Source: a virus. From it: a stretch of DNA of 14,034 nt. The notes beneath the pieces were generated by a model. The model ran no database searches and was not told the DNA's origin. It saw only the letters and a list, made by a program, of their open reading frames with translations. The stretch is taken from the IMG/VR virus record IMGVR_UViG_3300029610_000052, one strand, 5' to 3'. Both the position numbers and the translations under genes were made by a program. Shown here one piece after another: positions 7,948 through 12,556 of this stretch (positions are counted from its first letter, which is position 1; each line of letters begins with the position of its first letter).

Positions 7948-9806
7948 ATGCCATCACCTCCATTTTCCAGCAGTTGGTCAAGATCGTAGATTTGCACCGC
8001 ATCCCCTGAATCGCTTTCCATTCCGAGCGGCGGGCAGTGCCGCAGCCAGACCGTATGTGCATCCAGAAACGCCATAAATGCGTCTATTTTGCTGTACTTG
8101 TCCGCTTTTTTCGGCGCATAGTTTTCATTATCCCGCGTCGAAAAGTCGTTCCGCAGCTTGACATTGTTCAGATACCACTCGAAGAGCGTGTTTTGGTCGT
8201 GAACGATCATTCCGTCCGTAAACAGCTCTTTGATGTGCTTCATCGGCGCATTAAGCGTGATTGCGCCCTGTCTGACCGGTTCGCAAGCGAACATTGTTTC
8301 CAGCGTTTTGACCAAAAGCGTTGCGTTCGCTGGGTCATAGCCGATGCAGCGGATGTCGAAAATCTCGCCCATCTTCCTGAACCAGTCGATGATGCAGTCT
8401 TGTTTCACATAGTCGCCTTCCACAATCGTCAGCCGCCCCTGCATCGCCTCGCCGTAGTAGTCCAGCCGCTCTGCATTCAGTTCTGCCACCTTGCGCGGCA
8501 CAAATGTGTGCGGAATGACATAGAAGCGACCGTCATCCAGCGGGATTTCCAGCGCCGTCGAGCAGTGGTCGCCGCTGACAGCTACGTCGAAGCCGCCGAA
8601 GGCCTCGCGTCCTCTGACTGCTTCCAGGCCAATAACATCCCGATTGCGTTCCACCAGCGAAAAGTCCAAGAAGCTCGCATTGGTTGCCCGCGTGAACACA
8701 TTCAGCGTTTTCGTCAGGAAGTCAATACGCCGATCTGCAATCGCCCGGCCTTCCTCCCAGCGCTGCTTCAGCTTGTCCAGATGCAGGAGTACGCCCAGCG
8801 ATGGGTTTGCCTTCACCCACTTGCTGGAATCCTCCGGCGAATCCTGTTCGTCGATTTCATAGATAAGCGCCAGTTCGCGGTCATTCACCGCCGCATTGCC
8901 GCTGCCTTTGAGCATTTGGTCAGCAAGCCGATATTCGCTGACCAACACACCGTCCAGCACATACCCCATCGTGGACATCATCAGCAGCAGACCGTCCGAG
9001 GCTTTGTCCAGCGACCGGCGCATCTGCTCGATGGCATCATAGGTGCGCATCTCATGCAGCTCATCCAGTACGCCCCACGTCGGCCGCAGACCGTCAAGCA
9101 GCGACGCACGGTTTGACATTGCCTGGATCACGCTATCCGGCGTTGCGCTGCGTCCCTTGTCTGACTGCCCGTCCGCATAGTATTCCGCGCAGGAGCGCAG
9201 GGCGCGAAACTTCTTCGACAGCGCCGGTGACGCGCCGATTGCCGCATTGACATCGTGCATGAAAATCCGCGCCTGCGGTTTGCTGTTCGCCAGGACGTCG
9301 ATTTCGGCGTTCTTGATACCTTCCTGGCTGACGCTGTACAGCGCCGCGCCCGCAATCATCGGCGTTTTGCCGTTGCCGCTGCCGACAATCAGCAAACATT
9401 TGTTGTGCTTGCGTGTCCCGTCCTTCTTGCTGACCCAGCCGAACAGCGCCGCGTAAAAGGCGCACTGCCACGGCATCAGCGTCAGGCGGTCATAATCCCC
9501 CTGCGGTCGGACGAACTTTTCGACGAACCGAATCGGCTTCGATGCTTTTTCCGCGTCGAACCGCCACGGGAAATTGCCCTCTTCTTCGTGCATCAGGTCA
9601 CGCACAAATCGCTCATAGGCAAGCCGGACTTTTTGACACGCCAGCACGCGCCCGCTAAGTACATCGTCAATGTATGCCCATATGCGCGGGTCAGCATCGC
9701 CATGCAGACGATTCCAGTCCGCACAAATGCGCTCCTCTGCTGCGGCAATATGCGGGTCAATAGTCGTCCAGGTCGTCGTCCTCATCCTCGCCATCACCTG
9801 CCTCAT
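7938..9806 (-). CDS. terL: Terminase large subunit (Terminase_1-like), up to 622 aa.
   Basis: It has a Walker A-like motif (LLIVGSGNGKTPMIAGAA) in the N-terminal ATPase half and a C-terminal nuclease half. In-frame ATGs occur at 9806, 9794 (GAGG 6 nt upstream) and 9785, so the exact start is uncertain. It overlaps the terS 3' end. Confidence 0.9.
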   Translation of the reverse strand: MRQVMARMRTTTWTTIDPHIAAAEERICADWNRLHGDADPRIWAYIDDVLSGRVLACQKVRLAYERFVRDLMHEEEGNFPWRFDAEKASKPIRFVEKFVRPQGDYDRLTLMPWQCAFYAALFGWVSKKDGTRKHNKCLLIVGSGNGKTPMIAGAALYSVSQEGIKNAEIDVLANSKPQARIFMHDVNAAIGASPALSKKFRALRSCAEYYADGQSDKGRSATPDSVIQAMSNRASLLDGLRPTWGVLDELHEMRTYDAIEQMRRSLDKASDGLLLMMSTMGYVLDGVLVSEYRLADQMLKGSGNAAVNDRELALIYEIDEQDSPEDSSKWVKANPSLGVLLHLDKLKQRWEEGRAIADRRIDFLTKTLNVFTRATNASFLDFSLVERNRDVIGLEAVRGREAFGGFDVAVSGDHCSTALEIPLDDGRFYVIPHTFVPRKVAELNAERLDYYGEAMQGRLTIVEGDYVKQDCIIDWFRKMGEIFDIRCIGYDPANATLLVKTLETMFACEPVRQGAITLNAPMKHIKELFTDGMIVHDQNTLFEWYLNNVKLRNDFSTRDNENYAPKKADKYSKIDAFMAFLDAHTVWLRHCPPLGMESDSGDAVQIYDLDQLLENGGDGMWA

Positions 9807-10128
9807 CAGGTGCAGCTTTCTTTGTGTCCAGCTTCAGCGCGGCAATGAGCTTCGTCAAGGATGCCGCTGCCCGGAGCGCCTGTTCATACGCGACATTCTT
9901 GCGCACGACGCGCTGGCGGCCGGACGTGTAGCTTTCGCGCAGGCCGTTCGTCGCCACGTCGTCCACTGCACGCAGGCGAAGCGCCTCCGTCTGCTCGTAA
10001 GCGTCCAAAATCGCCTGCTGATGCGGCAAAATTTCCCCATATCGGCTGGCGACCTCTTCTTCCAGCAGCATCCGCGCCGTATGCGCCCGCTCTCCCGGCA
10101 GCTTGTATCCCGTTTCTGTCCGATTCAT
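9757..10128 (-). CDS. terS: Terminase small subunit, P27-like, 123 aa with a poly-acidic C-terminus.
   Basis: It sits between the HNH endonuclease and terL. It is small and helical and ends in DEAGDGEDEDDDLDDY. The HNH / small terminase / large terminase order is typical of HK97-like cos packaging modules. Confidence 0.7.
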   Translation of the reverse strand: MNRTETGYKLPGERAHTARMLLEEEVASRYGEILPHQQAILDAYEQTEALRLRAVDDVATNGLRESYTSGRQRVVRKNVAYEQALRAAASLTKLIAALKLDTKKAAPDEAGDGEDEDDDLDDY

Positions 10129-10137
10129 GTTCTCCCC

Positions 10138-10428
10138 TCACTTGATACTAATAACCCGGATGCCCGTCAAATCAGGCTGCTTTTTCGGCTGTTTGCTTGC
10201 ACCCTTCTCCGGATGCACCTGTTCGTGGCAGATCACGCAGACGCTTTGCAGGTTGTCCAGCTCCAATTCCAGCGACTGGTCAACCGTGCGTGGAATCAGG
10301 TGGTGGACAATCTTCGCCGGTCGCTTCTGGCATCGTTGGCACCAATAATGGTCGCGCTGCAAGGCAGCCACTCGAATCGCCTTCCAAGGCTGCGACAAAT
10401 AAAACGGGTCTGCCTGTTTCTTCGACAA
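10138..10428 (-). CDS. HNH endonuclease (packaging-associated). The start is probably TTG 10428, and the maximal ORF extends to GTG 10542.
   Basis: The motifs are FYLSQPWKAIRVAALQRDHYWCQRCQKRPAKIVHHLIPRTVDQSLELELDNLQSVCVICHEQVH, giving His (VHH), Asn (DNLQ), His (CHEQVH) and CxxC pairs. TTG 10428 has GGGAGG 8 nt upstream. GTG 10542 has no ribosome-binding site. Confidence 0.8.
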   Translation of the reverse strand: MSKKQADPFYLSQPWKAIRVAALQRDHYWCQRCQKRPAKIVHHLIPRTVDQSLELELDNLQSVCVICHEQVHPEKGASKQPKKQPDLTGIRVISIK

Positions 10429-10668
10429 TATGCGCGCCTCCCGTCCGCAGAAGGCGCGCCCGCCGCGCTCATCCCCTAAGCCCAGATGAGCAGCCACCTT
10501 GTCAGCGTCATGCTGAGGTGACACGAAGTGAAGGAGGCACACACGCTGCGGTCAACCGCATTCGGCGGATGGGGTACGCCCCACGCGCAGATTGTCGCAC
10601 CAACACCACCCGTGCAGTCAAGGTGAGAAAAAGTTTGCAATTTTCCTGAAAAAACTTCATTTTCCCTC

Positions 10669-10697
10669 TTGACATACTACAATTAGTATGTTATAAT
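10669..10697 (+). promoter_or_regulatory. Near-consensus sigma-70/SigA-type promoter with an extended -10.
   Basis: TTGACA (10669..10674), a 17-nt spacer, then TGtTATAAT (-10 at 10692..10697). An A/T-tract UP-like region lies upstream, with A5 at 10628..10632, T4 at 10641..10644, A6 at 10649..10654 and T4 at 10660..10663. Confidence 0.7.
10672..10691. promoter_or_regulatory. A 20-bp perfect palindrome (candidate operator) filling the promoter spacer.
   Basis: ACATACTA (10672..10679), caat, then TAGTATGT (10684..10691). The arms are exact reverse complements and lie between the -35 and -10. Confidence 0.5.
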
Positions 10698-10738
10698 ATA
10701 TGTGTCAGCAAGAGCTGACAGAAAGGCGGGTGTCAAAC

Positions 10739-10891
10739 ATGAATCAAAACGAAAGAGAGGAATCCCAAATGACCGATTACCAGTTCCGCTTCATCATGCG
10801 CGAATTGCTTGCTTACGCAAAGCAAGCTCCTGACAAGGAAACCATCGTCAAGCATCTGGAAGAACTTCTGAACGACAACAAAAAAGCCTAA
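10739..10891 (+). CDS. Small acidic helical protein of unknown function, 50 aa (or 40 aa if it starts at ATG 10769).
   Basis: This is tracked ORF 10700..10891. ATG 10700 abuts the -10 box and would lie upstream of the transcription start, so ATG 10739 or 10769 (GAGAGGA 7 nt upstream) is used. The sequence is MNQNEREESQMTDYQFRFIMRELLAYAKQAPDKETIVKHLEELLNDNKKA. Confidence 0.55.
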   Translation: MNQNEREESQMTDYQFRFIMRELLAYAKQAPDKETIVKHLEELLNDNKKA

Positions 10892-10957
10892 GCTCCGCAA
10901 CAGCTTAGGCTGACACACGGGGAAGCGGTAAGAGGATACCCGCCGCCGCTTCCCTCC
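10880..10957 (-). ncRNA. Predicted ~78-nt antisense small RNA with its own promoter, an internal hairpin and an intrinsic terminator.
   Basis: The promoter at 10992..10964 would start transcription near 10957. Hairpin GGGAAGCGG/CCGCTTCCC spans 10920..10954. The terminator has stem GCCTAAGCT/AGCTTAGGC (10886..10910, 7-nt loop) followed on the minus strand by TTTTTT (10885..10880). This is a prediction from sequence only. Confidence 0.4.
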
Positions 10958-10963
10958 TCCATC

Positions 10964-10992
10964 ATTCTACACGACGGCGGGTAAAAAGTCAA
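10964..10992 (-). promoter_or_regulatory. Minus-strand sigma-70-like promoter, TTGACT-17-TAGAAT.
   Basis: The reverse complement reads cccccTTGACTttttacccgccgtcgtgTAGAATgatggag, with -35 at 10992..10987 and -10 at 10969..10964. It shares the TTGACTTTTT start with the promoters at 11957 and 12314. Confidence 0.5.
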
Positions 10993-11006
10993 GGGGGATT
11001 TTGGAC

Positions 11007-11207
11007 ATGAGTGAACCGGAGAAGCAGAAGCGCAAGACACACACCTCGACCGACGTCAAACGGCGCTACAATGAGAAGGTATATGACCGCATCAGCCTGA
11101 GCGTGCCGAAGGAAATGGCAGCGGCATTCAAAGCCAAGTGCGCTGCCGAGGGTATCCCGCAGGCGCAGATTCTCAAACGCGCTATTGAAGCGTTTCTGGC
11201 GGAATAA
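11007..11207 (+). CDS. Ribbon-helix-helix (Arc/CopG-like) DNA-binding protein, 66 aa.
   Basis: ATG 11007 is preceded by AGGGGGA. The segment YDRISLSVPKEMAAAFKAKCAAEGIPQAQILKRAIEAFL has the beta-strand/helix/helix pattern of RHH regulators and antitoxins. Confidence 0.7.
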   Translation: MSEPEKQKRKTHTSTDVKRRYNEKVYDRISLSVPKEMAAAFKAKCAAEGIPQAQILKRAIEAFLAE

Positions 11208-11214
11208 CAGAAAG

Positions 11215-11248
11215 AGCGTGCTGTCCTCGAAAGGCGGCACGCTTTTTC
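11215..11248 (+). terminator. Rho-independent terminator after the RHH gene, convergent with the hepT 3' end.
   Basis: Stem AGCGTGC (11215..11221) pairs with GCACGCT (11237..11243), followed by a T-run at 11243..11247. Confidence 0.6.
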
Positions 11249-11604
11249 TATTCGTTTTCTTCGATTTCTGCAATGATTTTCCGAACATCCTGCACGAATC
11301 CCGGCATATCCTCGAACACGATTTCGACAATCATCGTCCAGTTGATGCCTTCGTACTCATGCACCAAACGATGGCGCATCCCGGAAACGGCATTCCACGG
11401 CTGTTCCGGGTACTTCGCTTTCAGTCCCCGCGTCAGCTGATACACCTGTTCGCCGATGTTGTACAGCGGCGTTGTCACTGCCCACTGCGCGAACTCATCC
11501 GTCATCAGCACTTCGCGTGTGATGTTCCGCTGCGCCATCTGCGCCGACAGGCTATCCCACGTCGTGACGATTTTCCGCAGGCGCTCCAAGTCCGTCTTTT
11601 TCAC
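11248..11604 (-). CDS. hepT: HEPN-domain toxin, DUF86/HepT family, 118 aa.
   Basis: It has the R-x4-H motif in GMRHRLVHEYEGI. The size, the 4-nt ATGA overlap with the upstream nucleotidyltransferase gene, and the gene order (MNT then HEPN) match type VII HepT/MntA modules. Confidence 0.85.
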   Translation of the reverse strand: MKKTDLERLRKIVTTWDSLSAQMAQRNITREVLMTDEFAQWAVTTPLYNIGEQVYQLTRGLKAKYPEQPWNAVSGMRHRLVHEYEGINWTMIVEIVFEDMPGFVQDVRKIIAEIEENE

Positions 11605-11891
11605 GCGATTCGCACCCCTTCCCGCATCACCGTCCGGTAAAAGTCGGATTCGCGGTTAATTTCGCGCAGCTCGAACGCATCAACATCCTTGTGCGTCAGC
11701 TGCCGCAGCTCCTCCCCGAAGGCAAAGACATCCCGTGCGCGGAAATGCGCCCCGCCGACCAGCACCACGTCAATATCCGAGTTCGCATTGGCGGATTCAC
11801 GCGCATACGACCCGAACAGAATCGCGTAATCCGCATGATATTTCCCCAGCAGACCGCGAATCGCCTGTTCTACTTCCCTGCGTGACAACAT
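11601..11891 (-). CDS. mntA: Minimal nucleotidyltransferase antitoxin (MNT/MntA family), 96 aa.
   Basis: This is tracked ORF 11601..12353, trimmed to ATG 11891, which is preceded by GGAGGTG. The motif LFGSYARESANANSDIDVVLV gives G-S-x-x-R ... D-I-D, the nucleotidyltransferase signature. Confidence 0.85.
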   Translation of the reverse strand: MLSRREVEQAIRGLLGKYHADYAILFGSYARESANANSDIDVVLVGGAHFRARDVFAFGEELRQLTHKDVDAFELREINRESDFYRTVMREGVRIA

Positions 11892-11928
11892 GCTACTGCA
11901 CCTCCGTTCTCTACGATTCCCTATCTGT

Positions 11929-11957
11929 ATCATACCATTCGCGAAAGAAAAAGTCAA
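11929..11957 (-). promoter_or_regulatory. Minus-strand promoter for mntA-hepT, TTGACT-17-TGgTATGAT.
   Basis: The reverse complement reads gTTGACTttttctttcgcgaatggTATGATacag, with -35 at 11957..11952 and -10 at 11934..11929. It lies ~38 nt upstream of the mntA start codon. Confidence 0.55.
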
Positions 11958-11976
11958 CAGAAGGGGTTGACTTTTT
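11948..11976. repeat. Perfect 11-bp inverted repeat, AAAAAGTCAAC-n7-GTTGACTTTTT, spanning both -35 boxes of a divergent promoter pair.
   Basis: The arms are 11948..11958 and 11966..11976, and they are exact reverse complements. Each arm contains a TTGACT -35 hexamer plus a T5 tract. Confidence 0.9.
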
Positions 11977-11995
11977 GCCGCGACATTTATATAAT
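11967..11995 (+). promoter_or_regulatory. Plus-strand promoter, TTGACT-17-TATAAT, for the CopG-like gene.
   Basis: TTGACT (11967..11972), 17-nt spacer ttttgccgcgacattta, then TATAAT (11990..11995). The gene start at 12027 is preceded by GAAAGAAGGTG. Confidence 0.6.
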
Positions 11996-12026
11996 ACAGT
12001 CGTGGACAGAGAAAGAAGGTGTTTAT

Positions 12027-12203
12027 ATGAGTCCACGAACGGGACGTCCGAAAGCTGTGAATCCGAAAAATCTCGAATTGCGCGTTCGCATCGACCGCGA
12101 AACATCCGAGATTCTCGAAGAGCTTGCCAAACATTACAACGAACCCAAGTCCGTTGTTGTCCGCAACGCCATCCAACAGCTTTACGCCAAAACGAAAAAA
12201 TAA
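12027..12203 (+). CDS. Ribbon-helix-helix (CopG-family) regulator, 58 aa.
   Basis: This is tracked ORF 11967..12203, trimmed to ATG 12027 because the TTG at 11967 is the -35 box. The sequence MSPRTGRPKAVNPKNLELRVRIDRETSEILEELAKHYNEPKSVVVRNAIQQLYAKTKK has an N-terminal GRPK tail, then the beta-strand (LRVRID) and two helices typical of CopG/RHH proteins. Confidence 0.7.
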   Translation: MSPRTGRPKAVNPKNLELRVRIDRETSEILEELAKHYNEPKSVVVRNAIQQLYAKTKK

Positions 12204-12280
12204 CGTGACTGCCCATCCGACCAAGACTAACAGCCACGTTATCCCGAAAGTCACAGCGTCCGAGGACGGTATGAAATCCT
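12192..12280 (-). ncRNA. Predicted ~88-nt antisense small RNA, the second copy of the promoter-plus-terminator arrangement.
   Basis: The promoter at 12314..12286 would start transcription near 12280. On the minus strand, AACGTGGCTG (12240..12231) pairs with CAGTCACGTT (12211..12202), 10 bp including one G-U, with a 19-nt loop. It is followed by ATTTTTTCGTTTT. The large loop makes the terminator weaker than the one at 10880..10910. Confidence 0.3.
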
Positions 12281-12285
12281 TTTTT

Positions 12286-12314
12286 ATCATACCATCCCGG
12301 ACGCAAAAAGTCAA
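12286..12314 (-). promoter_or_regulatory. Minus-strand promoter-like element, TTGACT-17-TGgTATGAT, a near-duplicate of the mntA promoter.
   Basis: The reverse complement reads cTTGACTttttgcgtccgggatggTATGATaaaaaagg, with -35 at 12314..12309 and -10 at 12291..12286. It shares TTGACTTTTT and ATGGTATGATA with 11957..11929. Confidence 0.45.
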
Positions 12315-12342
12315 GATTTTGCGAACATAGGAGGGTATTTTC

Positions 12343-12522
12343 ATGATGGACACAAAACAGATTCTTCAAGAAGTTGACCTGATTGGTGAAGCGCTGAATA
12401 TCATCTGCCAGCGCAGCAACTTCCAATCGAAAACCGACCGCATCGACGACGCTTTGCTTCTCGAAATCATCGAAAGCACCGGGCGGCTCAAAGAAATGCT
12501 GATTGCAGAGCAGGCAAGCTAA
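12343..12522 (+). CDS. Small acidic helical protein of unknown function, 59 aa. It is below the ORF-track length cut-off.
   Basis: Manual translation from ATG 12343, which is preceded by GGAGGG 8 nt upstream, gives MMDTKQILQEVDLIGEALNIICQRSNFQSKTDRIDDALLLEIIESTGRLKEMLIAEQAS, ending at TAA 12520..12522. A terminator follows. Confidence 0.6.
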   Translation: MMDTKQILQEVDLIGEALNIICQRSNFQSKTDRIDDALLLEIIESTGRLKEMLIAEQAS

Positions 12523-12527
12523 TCACC

Positions 12528-12556
12528 GGAGGGACGGAATGCCGCCCCTCTTTTTT
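12528..12556 (+). terminator. Rho-independent terminator between the convergent 59-aa gene and the tape measure gene.
   Basis: GAGGGACGG (12529..12537) pairs with CCGCCCCTC (12542..12550), 9 bp with 1 mismatch and loop AATG. It is followed by TTTTTT (12551..12556) and overlaps the TMP stop codon (12555..12557). Confidence 0.7.

Noticed and set aside
10591-10621. TTGACT ... GACAAT on the minus strand as the late promoter.
   Set aside because: The 19-nt spacer and the poor -10 make it unconvincing as a stand-alone promoter. It is kept only as a possible activator-dependent site in the related finding.
10700-10738. ATG 10700 as the start of the 63-aa ORF.
   Set aside because: It begins 3 nt after the -10 hexamer (10692..10697), so it would lie upstream of the predicted transcription start. 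It also lies within the 5' stem-loop.
10886-10969. A 25-codon minus-strand ORF (MMEEGSGGGYPLTASPCVSLSCCGA) inside the predicted small RNA, and the 61-aa ORF 10733..10918.
   Set aside because: The ATG sits inside the -10 box, upstream of the predicted start. The 61-aa ORF is antisense to the better-supported plus-strand gene and has no ribosome-binding site.
11185-11640. A 151-aa plus-strand ORF overlapping hepT.
   Set aside because: It is antisense to a HEPN gene with a clear R-x4-H motif. It begins inside the terminator after the RHH gene and has no ribosome-binding site.
11892-12353. An N-terminal extension of the nucleotidyltransferase ORF to 250 aa (GTG 12353), and the overlapping 171-aa ORF 11911..12426.
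   Set aside because: The extension runs through two promoters, an 11-bp inverted repeat and the antisense of a well-supported RHH gene. The MNT domain starts at ATG 11891, which has a GGAGGTG ribosome-binding site. The 171-aa frame is a Trp/Arg/Cys-rich shadow.
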